From Azolla caroliniana (Eukaryota > Plantae > Polypodiophyta), in contig JBHGNT010000011.1 in assembly GCA_043228905.1 (NCBI GenBank), forward strand, positions 5,580,001-5,644,000: a DNA stretch of 64,000 nucleotides, read 5' to 3'. Under the pieces are notes generated by a model that searched no databases, was not told the origin of the DNA, and saw only the letters and a list, made by a program, of their open reading frames with translations. Shown here piece by piece: positions 52,506-64,000 of the stretch; positions within the stretch are counted from its first letter, which is position 1; every line of letters starts with the position of its first letter. The translations under genes and the position numbers were made by a program.

Positions 52506-54576
52506 TTTGGGGGGGCCTTCTTTCTCTCAGAGGGTATTATGTATATACAAGTCAAAAGTGTGCTACGAGTGCGTTCACACTCGTGCACTAATAAAAGGCA
52601 CAATGGCCCTTTATTCCCAACAACATCCCACCTAAAGGCAATGTGCCATGAGAGTAAAAAAAAAAAAAGTCAGCTAAGTCCAAGTATGTACAAAGCTGAA
52701 CTACATACATCTATCCAACTCCCATCATCTGTCAGCAATGAGCAAATCACTCAGTTGGAAGACCCTTCATGAGAAGATCTACAGGATTATTATTTGTATG
52801 TACTTTGACAAGCTCAATGTTCTTGCTGTCAAGTACATCTCTGATGAAGTGATACTTCACCTCTATGTGCTTCGTCTTTGCGTGAAAGACGGGATTCCGA
52901 GCTAGCATGATTGCACTCTGGTTGTCACAATGAAGAATAGATAACTCTGTAATGCCAAGATCTCTCACTAGATATGAAAGTCATAAAGCCTCTTTGCATG
53001 CCTCAGTGGCAACAACATACTCTACCTCTGCAGTAGACAATGCAACACACTTCTGTAGTCTGGAGATCCAAGAGACTGCTCCTCCCGTGAAAGTAAACAC
53101 ATACCCAGAAGTAGACTTCCTGCAGTCTGCATGACCAGCATAGTCCGCATCTGTAAAAGCAACGACAGATGTATTTTGCTTTCCAAACCAAATACACAAG
53201 TCCTTTGTGCCTTTGAGGTATCTCATAATACCTTTCACCACTTCCCAATGCTTTTGCCGAGATTTGCCATATACCTATTAACCACTCCCACTACAAAGGC
53301 AATATCAGGGCGTGTAGCAACCATCACATATATCAAACTGCCAACGGCTGAAGCATATGGAACCTTGACCATTTCAGCCTTCTCATCATCAGATGTAGGG
53401 TTGTCTTCTACACTGAGTTTCAAATATGGAGGTAATGGAACCCCAATTGTTTCCCCCCCCTCCATATTGAAACGCTGCAAAACCTTAGAGATATACTCCT
53501 GCTGAGATAGAAAGAGTACCCCCTTCAACCAGTTTCGGAGTATTCGCATGCCAAGGATGTGATTTGCATCACCAAGATCCTTCATATCAAAGCTGCCATG
53601 AAGGCTTTGCTTCAATGAATCCAAGGCATGAATATCCTTGCCAACAATCAACATATCATCAACATACAAAACCAAGATAATCAAGTTGTCATCTCCTACC
53701 TTCTTGGTGTACAAGCAGTGGTCTACTTGACTTCTACGAAACCCTTGAGACTGCATAAATGCATCAAATTTATGATACCATTCTCTTGGTGCTTGTTTCA
53801 ACCCATACAAACTCCTTTTGAGCTTACAAACCATCTTCTCTTTGCCTTTAGCCACAAAACCTTCAGGTTGCTGCATATATATGTCTTCATGCAGATCGCC
53901 ATGTAAAAAGGCGGTCTTCACATCCATCTGTATGAGCTCCATATCATCAGCAGTAACTAAGCCCAAAATGATTCTTAATGTAGTCATCTTGACTACAGGC
54001 AAGAAGATCTCATCAAAATCAACTCCATATTCCTGCTTGTATCTTTTTTCAACCAATCTTGCTTTGTACTTTGGCGAGGAATCAGAAATGACCTTAATTT
54101 TATAAACCCATTTGCATGGAAGTGTTTTCTGCCCTTTAGGCAACTGCACCAAATCCCAAGTGTCATTTTTCTCAAGAGATTCCATCTCTGACAACATGGC
54201 TTTATACCATTTCTTATTGTCCTGTCTGTCCATTGCTTCCTTGAAGCAAGTCAATTTGCCATAATCAGTTACCATGACATAATCAGCCACATTGTTTGCA
54301 TTAGGAACAAATATGTCAGGCTTTCTAGTAACTCTAGACGATCTCCTAACCCAATGCTCATTGTTTGGTAGCTGTTGAGCCTGCAAATCATCATTTTCAA
54401 CTTGTTGTCCAGGCATTTCAGCCTGCAAATCAACATTAACAGCTTGTTGTTCTAGCCGTTCCAGCACATTTGGTGGCTCATCATTATTGGCAAAGGCTGG
54501 TTTATCATTTCCACCCTCATTTTTTGCATTTGCAGGTAAGTTTACATCAAGTGTTTGTTGTTGTACAACAATGCTC
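52506..54576 (-). mobile_element. Copia RT/RNase H fragment with probable partial LTR (~52506-52718)
   Basis: 457-aa ORF with NDTWDLVQLP, MDVKTAFLHG, LYVDDML; RNase H ORFs 52981-53241 and 52747-52968. Confidence 0.85.
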
Positions 54577-54579
54577 ATC

Positions 54580-57500
54580 AGTTTGGTTGACTCTTTCGGT
54601 TTGGCCATCAGTTTCAGGGTGGTGCGTGGTTCACAAGTTCACAGAAGTCTCGAATGTCTATAGAAGTTGGCGCTAGAAGTGGGAGATAAATTGAAGACCT
54701 CGATCAGAAGTGACATCCTAAGGGAAGTCGTGTAATCGGATGACATTTTTCAAAAAAAGGTTAGTCGTCTCCTCCCCCAAAATGGTTTTCGAACATGGGA
54801 CAAAGTGAGCCATCTTTGAAAACCAATCGACGACCACTAGCACCGTGTCATGGTCACTAACCCAAGGAAGGTCGGTGATAAAGTCCATGGAGAGAGATGC
54901 CCAAGGTCAACTGGGAATTGGAAGTGGGTGTAGAAGGCCGTAGGGACAATGGTGAGCCACTTTGGAGCGAGCACAGATGTCACAAGTTTTGATAAATTCT
55001 TTGACCAATTTCCAAGGCTAGGGCCACCAAAACCCCCGAGACAGCAATGCTAGCATTTTCGCAACCCCAAAGTGTCCAAGAGGATCATCGTGGCAAGTTT
55101 GTAGTACTCGGATGCGACATGTGTCAACTGGTACAAAAGGAGGTGATTACGATAGAGTAGCCCATCCTGAGTTGTAAAGTGACTAAGATATGAGCTTTGC
55201 ATTTCCTGGGATGGGTTGTTGTGGCACGCCATGATATCGGTAGTGAAACGGTCCGACGTGGTTGCTTGGGCGATTTTGTTGAGCTAGGAATCATCATGCA
55301 ACATATAGGTTGCGAACATGTGGAGTTGATCGGGCCGCAATAAACAATGCAATTGCTAAGAATATGCATCGTCACCTAGGCGTAGTTCAAAGTCGGGTCG
55401 CCGAGAGAGAGCATCTGCTTTCCCATGTTGAACGCCGGATCGAAACAAGATTTCGAAGTCATAGTCGGCGAGAAAAGATGACCAGCGAGCCTGCCTCCGA
55501 TTCAACGTATGAGTGGTGGTGAAGTAGATGAGATTCTTGTGGTCGGTCAAAACCTGAATAGGATGTTGGGCCCCAGTCAAATAGAGTCACCATTCGCCGA
55601 AGGCCGAGATGATAGTTGCAAGCTCCTTGTTGTAGACTAGATAATTGATGGCACCGAGAGTAGAAGGCAACCGAATGCACGGTGCTATCGTCGTGAAGCT
55701 GAGACAAGACTGCACCTATGGCAAAGTCAGAGGCGTCGATTTCAATCTGGAAAGGGCGGGTGGGGTCAAGGTGGACTAACACGGGGGCGGAGAGAAAACC
55801 TACTTTGAGGGCATTAAAAGCATTGTGTGCCGCGGGGGTCCAAAAAGTGGAGTATCTTTCCGAGTAAGCTGGATGAGAGGTTGGACTAGGGATGACAACC
55901 CGTCTTCTATAAAAATTTGCAAAACCAAGAAACGAGTGTACCTCTTTCAGCCGAGTCAGGAGAGGCCAATCATTGATTGCTGCTACCTTGTGTTCATCCA
56001 TTGTGATCTTGGTAGGTGAGATCATGTAACCCAGGAATTCAGCAGAGGTCCAATCAAATTCACATTTCTCACTTTTGGCAAAGAGCCCATATTCCCGGTG
56101 TTTGGTGAGAACCAGACGGACGTGGTGTGTGTGCTCTTCCCATCTGGAAGAAAAAACTAGGATGTCGTCAAGGTAGATGACACCACGAAATGATCGAGAT
56201 ACTCTCGAAAAATATTGTTCATCATGTGCTGGAAGACGGTCGAAGCGTTGGTAAGGCTGAATGGCATCACTTTGTACTCAAAATGTCCATAACGTGTGCG
56301 AAAAACCGTTATCCACTCGTCCCGAGGCTTGATGCGCACCAAATTGTAGGTGCCCCGAAGGTCAATTTTGGAGAAGATATGCCCAGTTCGGAGTCGATCG
56401 AGGAGCGATGGAATTAAGGGCAGGGGATAACGATTACGTACCATAACTTTGTTGAGACCCCGATAATCCACACATAAGCATAAGGAGCCGTCCTTCTTTT
56501 TGACAAATAAGATTGGTGCCCCGTCCGGTGATTTGGAGGGTTGAATGAAGCCCTTCGCGAGATTCTGAGTCAACCAAATATGTGCGGAGAGCCTCAAGTT
56601 CGGGTTCAGATAACCCATAGATAGGACCGAATGGGGGATGCTCGCCAGCTTGGAGTTCGATTGGGCAATCGTAGGGGCGATGAGCCAGTAACCGATCGAC
56701 ATTCCGCTTTTCGAAGATGTCGAAAAAGTCGCTATATTGGACGGGTAAATTGTTGGCAGGAACGGTGACGTCCTCCAACACAACGGCAAGTGTAGCGACC
56801 AAACCGAACTCGACCACAACGGAATCAAGAGAGTGTTGTGACCTAGCAGGAATTGGCCTTATTGGAAAAGTGATGGAGCGGTTACACCAATCCACCGTCG
56901 GATTGTGTATCTCCAATCAAGATAGCCCCAACACAATCAGATGTCGGGGGGTTGCGATGAGGTAGAACATGAGTTCCTCCTGATGCGCCCCGACTTGAAG
57001 TACCAATGGGATGGTGGCTTCGGTAACCGCCCCCGAAGAGAGAACCGGACCGTCGATCACCTTAACAGATATGGGTTGTGATGTGCAGACGGCGGGGATA
57101 TTATATGCACGGACAAACGATTTATCAATAAAGTAAGTACATTCTTCGGAATCGAGCAAGGCATGAGAATGTGTTGAAGTCGAACGAAAACAAAGACTTA
57201 CTTGCAAAGAGAACCCTCCTAATGGTGGAATGGACTTGTACGAGCATGGAGAAGGTGCGTAACAGGAAGCGTCCAGCGGCATGGCTACTACCACAGCCGG
57301 ACTTGGTTGTTTTCTTGTTGTCGAGGAACCTCCGCAACACTTGCACGATGAAATTGGTGTCGCAGGCCCCACACCAGGGAGTGGCGGATGACATGGTCGG
57401 GGTTGCCACAATAGAGATAGAGTCCATTGTCCCGACGATGTTGGCGTTGGGCTTCAGTTAGTGGTTGGAACCGAGAGTGGTCGATCTCCATCGGGGTATG

Positions 57501-58630
57501 GAAATCGACCTCCATCGTGGTATATGTATAACTGGGTGATGGTAAGGTTGGCGTGGGAGACAAGTAGGGCCTTGCGATTAATGCGTTTCGGGAGGAAGTA
57601 TGAGACTCGTGAGTCCCCCGTTCTTCTTGACGAAGTTCGAAGAGACGATTGTCACACAGGACAGCTTGGGAGATTACTTGAGACAATGATGTGGGCTCCG
57701 GGAAGTTTAAGAGAAGAATCTTACCTCGTTTCGGAGACCGCGACGGAAATGGTCGCATAGGGCTTGGTCATACCAATTGACATCGTAGGCAATCTGACGG
57801 AACTCTGAGGCATAGACCAAGGTTGGACGTGAGCCTTGTTTGAAAGAATAAAGCTTTGTGAGTGTCCTTCATCGTCGGTCTATCTCGCCAAATGTCGCTT
57901 CGAGCTCCTCGATGAAAGCGGTGAAGTTTTCTAAGAGAGGGGATGAGGTCTCAATCAAGGGTGCAAATCACGCTTGCGCCAGCCCAGAGAGAAGCGTGCC
58001 GACAAGTCCAACCCAAGAAAAGTCGCTAGCATACCGTTGGGGCTGTAGTCGGATGATAAGCCAAATTTGGTTGATGAAGCCGCGAAGATACGCCCTCATG
58101 TCGTTGAATTTGTCAGTTAGGCTAATTGTTGGTTCAAGGACATATGGATGGGAAGAGGACGTGGTCGAGCTAGGTGTCGACGGTGGTTGTGACTCGACGG
58201 GTGGTGGATTTCTTGAAGTGCCGGATTTCAACTCTCGTAATGATTCCTGAAAGATTTCATTCTCTAGTTGAAGTTGTTGCAAGGCTGCCATGACTTGGTT
58301 TAGGTTGTCGACGGAACAGGACATGGTAGCAAGACGAGGGTGAAGGTGAACAAACTGTCACAGACAAGTATAATAAAGCAAAGCGAAGACAAGATTAGAA
58401 AACAAGAGAGAGGAAAAGAACTTGTGTTGTTCACCTTGATTAGAATCAAGGTGCACCTAAGTATTTACACAAGAAGGTAGGGCTATGTAAGCCAACTAGA
58501 AATAGAGTATGCATAAGGATGCATGCAATAGAGAATGTATGAGGATGTGCGCAAGCTAGAAATGTGGATGCATGCAAATCATGAACTTCCAATGTTCAAT
58601 CTAGACTACATGAAGTTGGGTTTTGTTACA
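54580..58630 (-). mobile_element. Ty3/gypsy element (Tcn1/Tf1-like), copy 2, 5' LTR 58356-58630, truncated in integrase
   Basis: gag, protease, RT ([17 protein letters not shown]), RNase H (DASDFAIG, TDHKNL, ADALSR) and INT fragments; near-identical to copy 1. Confidence 0.9.
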
Positions 58631-58635
58631 AGGAT

Positions 58636-58700
58636 GTATATGTAGCTCAATTGGTAGGGTTTCCTAGTAGAGACCATGAGGTCTTGGGTTCAATCCTTGC
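58636..58700 (+). other. tRNA-derived/SINE-like head
   Basis: A-box TAGCTCAATTGG (58643) and B-box GGTTCAATCC (58687); no complete cloverleaf. Confidence 0.55.
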
Positions 58701-59792
58701 CTTCCTTTGTGGCATATGTTTATGACATATTTTGGAACTCGGACGGGGGGTGAAAACCTGATATATATGAGTCTCTTTTTAAACGAACAACATGACCAAT
58801 ACATTTGTTGTGAGTTGTGCAGCCACATTGTATTGCCTTTCTAGAAAAAAACTCTCCTATCTAATGGGAAAGTAGAGACTTTTTTTGGGGGGAAAACAGT
58901 GGAGAATGGATATCATTTACTTATCGCATGCTCAACATAAAATGTAATTTGCAAGAAGTATAACTACTTGTTAGACAAGTATAATGATTAAAATCTCACA
59001 CTCAAATCTCCAAAAAAAAGCTTGAGCACATACATGCATTCATTATTTTCCAAAAGAGAGTTTTTAGTATAGAGTAGTGACATCTCCCTTCTCACAAAGG
59101 AGTCACATACAACAAGATTATATGTTTATTATGTTTCCACAAGTCAAAATGGGCTTCATCGTGATAAAAATGGGCCGCCTCTTGATAAAAAATCTAATCT
59201 AATGTATCTCTCTCTCTCCATATACATTCATCACACTCTGAGCAACTTCATCATATTTAACACCTATGGTGATTTTCCTAAAGTGGTACATAAACTCACA
59301 TTGACCAAAGGGCTCGCCAAAACCTTGAACCTAAGCAATCCTCTGGATCCCGACCAAATAGGACCAACTTGAGAACAATTCAAAGGTTTCCCCAAAAATA
59401 CCATAATAACACACAAAGTAAATTTTAAGATGAAAAGACCCTCATTGTCACCACGACAAAAAATAAAATTGAGAGAGGGAGAGAGACAATTTGATTAATC
59501 GTAGGGACATTATATTTTCTTATTGATTAAACTATGTTAACTAAATTATCTTTGGTTATGAGGGGTAGTAATGATAGTTTCAAAATTATTAGGCTTGTAG
59601 TTGTTGTATCACCCTTAATATAAGTGGTGATTTTGTGTTTTCCCTACATTCTACAAGTGTTGTTATTCTTCCTCATCCTCGTTCTTTCCAGTATTTTCTC
59701 CCTTCCCTTGGAAAAGGAATCGTCTTTATACGAGTCATTTGTAAGGATATTTAACAATTTAGAGTATAACTAGCAGCACATACATGCCATAT

Positions 59793-60064
59793 CATAGTAT
59801 GAACCATACGTACCATACTTTCATTCTCATTCGCAAATGATTGGACCATTCGCGTAAGAAAAACACCCTCAAAGAATGATAAATACCATACTTTTGGATT
59901 GTCTATTTATTATGAGGTAAATAGGCCTAAAAATGGAAAAAAAAAACAAAAAAAACATTAAAAAATGGGAAAAAACACAAGAATGTTTGAATAACATTCG
60001 CATTCGTTTTCCAACGTAGGAAAACGAATGTTATGCTAGACGAACACGAATTTTACGTACTATG
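59793..60064. mobile_element. hAT-type MITE (272 bp)
   Basis: TIR CATAGTA / TACTATG; 8-bp TSD TGCCATAT (59785-59792, 60065-60072). Confidence 0.88.
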
Positions 60065-61038
60065 TGCCATATACTAAATTGGAAAACTCGGATATTATGA
60101 TGAAGGATACCCTATAGGTTTCAAACAATAAATGCAATTTTCATAATGGCTTATTTAGTAAACGTTGAAATAGTGGATGTTGTCCTCAAATATTTTGGCC
60201 ATTAGTAAACTTGTGGTTAAAGTTTTTTAAAGATGATGGAGGTTGAGAATAGAGATGAATTACGTTTGTTTCTTGAGGTGTCATTTGTGGTGTGTGTAGA
60301 TCTTTCTTTAAAACTCAAATGTATTGTAGACATATTTGCAATTATAAGTAATGCCAACTACTAGAAACAAGAGATTGATCATTTTTCTAGTTGTTTGTGT
60401 AGTGCAATTATCAAACAGAGATAGAATAACACACTTTTTAACCATTAAATGGGCGAACGCTTAAAAGCAAACATTTAGAATGTTATTATATAAGTCTAAT
60501 AAAAGCATTAGACATTGTCATAAATGACATTTGTTGATGGGCTAATAATACCCCTCCTATTTTTCATAATATCAAAACTAGTCTTGATCATAGAAAGATG
60601 ATGAGATACTTTTATTATATATTATATATATACATACATACATACATATACATATATATATATATACCAAGGTTTTTGGTGTAATATAATTAGATCAGAT
60701 TAATTTATTATAGACCAAGCAATGTAATTTTCTCAATTACAATTAAAGTAATTGGATCAAATGAACCTAACCAAAGCAATCAAACTAATCAAGATTTGTG
60801 AAACCTATTTCAACAATCAATGACCGAACAGTGAAATGATCACATAATTATCCAACAAATTCAAATCAAACTAATGAATTGTGAGCAACCTTATTAGATT
60901 ATAGGCATCCTTTTCAATTAGATCATGAAGCAACATGATTAGATCCTTTGGGTAAGCTGCAAAGTAATGAATGAGGTCAATATTATTAGGTTTGTTTCGC
61001 TAGTGGTGAATCTTATTAAACTTCTCTAATTTAGTTCC

Positions 61039-61195
61039 ATCACACTGTAACGATATATTCTATAAAGGCAAATATAATTGTGGAATTTTAGTGGGATATA
61101 TGTTGAAGGTTCATCATACTCTAACGATATTTTCTATAAAAGCAAATATAATTGTGGAATTTTAGTGGGGTATGGACTAAAGGTTCATCATACTT
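61039..61195. repeat. ~74-bp tandem duplication
   Basis: TAACGATAT..TCTATAAA.GCAAATATAATTGTGGAATTTTAGTGGG twice. Confidence 0.85.
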
Positions 61196-62452
61196 GAAAC
61201 TATTGTGGCAGAAATGTTCACAAGAAAACACTTCCTCCCTTCATGGAATTTTCATGTGCATGTAAATGTAAATGTCTTGTAAAAACACTTGGCTTTATAT
61301 ATAGGCTACTAGATAGAGGGTTATAAAGTCATGTTGAGGTGCAACTTTGAGTGCCTAGATCAAGGAATCTCTCTCTCTATTATATATATAGAGAGCTACA
61401 TATATGTAATACATACATATTTGTGCGAGTATGCATCCACATTGATAAAAGGACAATAAATTACTTCCCTAGGTTGTAGATACCAAAGTATTCTTTTAAT
61501 AAGGCAGCTTTTTGGTAGGTACACGCTCAAGTTTTGGCTTGTGGAAATATGAAGAAATAATTCCATGGGTAAAAACATATGTAACATGAACCAAAAAGTG
61601 TTGCATGCATAACAACAATACCATAGGGACACCAATAGAAAAAAGGCTATTAGATACAATTGATTCATACATTGAATGTAGTTATAAGAAATGAGTGTTA
61701 CATTGAGCTCCATATGCAATTAACAACAATGTGTGTTGAAACCCATTGGCATGACTCATAATACTCAAGGATTGGTCGACACGTTTCCACAACGAGAGAG
61801 ATTTTGTATTTGTATTTATTACCTCAAAAATGCCAAGCATTGAAAAGAGATGGAATAAAGTAGCATGAACAAGTAAGTCACTTGAATCACATGTGCAAGA
61901 CTCACATTTGAGGATACGATTAAACAGTTCAAGAAAAGGGATAGACATTGCAGTTTCTTCCTAGCAACATGCAAGCTAGTATGAAAGAGCATGGAGTCAG
62001 TCACTACGACAACCAAACCCCACTCATGTTTACGGATGAGAGGAAGAGACTTAGATGGGTTTGGGTCGTGGGTTGGTCATAGGAATGATGGGGCAAAAGG
62101 AAGAAACGCAAGCAAACGCACAAGAAGAAGAGACAAGAAGAGAGGGGTCCCGCAAAGAGTGATTCTAATCAGGAAGTGAAAGCCAAACTGACTACAAATT
62201 GACAGACACTTGATGTGCCTAGTGATGGAAACTCGTGGGGGGGGGCCACCCCAACATACACACACATGTTTCTGGGAGCCCTCTTTGTCTCTCATTTTGT
62301 CTGTCTCTTTTCTTTCTTTCTATACGAAAAGTGTGACAGGACAAATGTGACCTTCTAGCTATGTGAATAGATGCTTCACAACCACCATTTTTGGAACCTT
62401 CCTTCCCCTTCCCCTTCTTGTGTGTGTGTGTGTTTCTTCTTGCTCCTCTAAA

Positions 62453-62667
62453 ATACATACACACATACATACATGGATGCTTGCATACATACATACATGG
62501 ATGTTTGCATGCATACATACATGGATGTTTGCATGCATACATACATACATTATTACATACATACACACATACTAACACATATACATGGATGCATGCTTAC
62601 ATACGTATATACATACATACATACATACATACATACATACATACATACATACATACATACATACATA
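62453..62667. repeat. (TACA)n microsatellite with 24-bp CATGGATG.TTGCAT units
   Basis: Direct reading. Confidence 0.92.
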
Positions 62668-63476
62668 ATGAGGCTCATTTCTTTGTGTTTTTGGTATTTG
62701 TCAGGAAGAGGCCCAGAGGGGCATATCCATATAATTAGGTAAAGCTTGGATAAACAAACCAAGAAATACTACTTCTCTGTTCTGTTTTTTTCCCATTCTT
62801 TTCCTTTCGGATCTGTTTTGTTTTTTCCTGATTCAGTCAATGGCGGTATGGATTTATCCTGCTACCGTGTGTGATTCCTGTGTTCCCGATTACCCGCGTT
62901 CTGTGAGTGAATAAATCCAATTCCTTTCCACATTTCCTGAAGTGGGTTTCATTTCCTTCTTTTTTTTTCTTGTTGATTTTTTTTTTTTGGCCGCGGTTCT
63001 TGTTCCATACCACTTCCCTTTCCTTTTGAGTGATTATTCCACACGATCTGAGGGGTGCGAGTTTTTGCTTCGTCTGTGATTTTCTGAAGTGGGTTTTGCA
63101 GTCGATCTTTTGATAGATCGAGGGTGGATTTTCTTCTTTGCTATGGTGCTGGTCAAAACCACTTGTTTGGAGTGATTCTTAACAGTCTGGTTTTCTGAAG
63201 TGGGTATGTAATTGATCTGAGAGATAAAAATGCTGGGTTTGATCAAAACCACTTTCCTGTAGTCATTAAATTCCACATGTATTAAGGTGGTTTTCTGAAC
63301 TTGATTCCGATCGAAAATCACTTGTTTTGAGTGGTTACTCCCACATAATCAGAGAGGTAGGCCTTTTCTTATTAGTGATTTTCTGATTTGGGTATTGATC
63401 TACTTTCTTCCAGTGATTATTCCCACATGATCTAGGTTTCTTTTTCTTCATTTGTGATTTCAGCAGAGAGAGAGAG

Positions 63477-64000
63477 ATGCCTAATCTAAAGTTAGTAGTG
63501 GAGGTTTGTCATGCCAAGAACCTGCTAGCTAAAGATGGAGATGGCACTTCAAGCCCATATGTGGTGATAGATTTTGATAACCAGAGGCTGAAGACAAAGA
63601 CTAAAGCTAAAGATCTGAACCCAGTATGGAACGAGAAACTCGAGTTCAACGTCAGTTCAAAGAATGTCCTAGAAGAAGAATCCATTGATCTAAGTGTGTA
63701 TACCACTAAGAATGGGCAGAATAAGTCTCTTGGGAAGCTCTCCATACCTTGCTCCCATGTGAAGAAGAAAGGCTCAGATGCCTCAGATATGATCATTTCC
63801 TACTCTCTTGAGAAGAAGAGCGTGTTCACATCCATGTTTGCTAAAGGGAAAGGAGAGATCTACTTGAAGCTATACCACTATGAGCCTGAAGCCCCCAAGA
63901 AAGAGGAGAAGAAGGAGGAGAAGAAGGAGGAGAAGAAAGATGAGAAGAAGGATGAGAAAGGAGGAGGAGGTGAAGCTAAGAAACAAGAGAATAAGCCCAT
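63477..64000 (+). CDS. MCTP (multiple C2 domain and transmembrane region; FTIP/QUIRKY-like) protein, N-terminal C2 domain; runs off the window
   Basis: MPNLKLVVEVCHAKNLLAKDGDGTSSPYVVIDFDNQRLKTKTKAKDLNPVWNEKLEFNV...YSLEKKSVF..KGEIYLKLY followed by a K/E-rich linker. Confidence 0.9.
   Translation, partial: MPNLKLVVEVCHAKNLLAKDGDGTSSPYVVIDFDNQRLKTKTKAKDLNPVWNEKLEFNVSSKNVLEEESIDLSVYTTKNGQNKSLGKLSIPCSHVKKKGSDASDMIISYSLEKKSVFTSMFAKGKGEIYLKLYHYEPEAPKKEEKKEEKKEEKKDEKKDEKGGGGEAKKQENKP

Overview
Eukaryotic nuclear DNA from a land plant, most likely a non-seed plant (inferred from Tcn1-like and Trp-primed gypsy elements, the copia gag type and an RTEX-like LINE). Two host genes are visible: a 3-exon mitochondrial ribosomal protein mL41 gene (29886-32309) and the 5' end of an MCTP/FTIP-QUIRKY-type C2-domain gene (63477 to window end). 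Most of the rest is nested, decaying retrotransposon sequence: one structurally complete copia (11950-17635, TSD GGTAC) inside a LINE, a ~23 kb nested stack (35551-58630), several solo LTRs, hAT-type MITEs and tandem repeats. The most unusual object is a non-coding LTR element (20034-23370) with apparently identical LTRs, no polypurine tract, and a tRNA-Arg-type primer-binding site 5 nt inside each LTR on opposite strands; it is flanked by a 378-bp duplication of its host instead of a short TSD. All calls come from reading the sequence by eye; tRNA and lineage assignments rest on recalled consensus sequences and need database confirmation.
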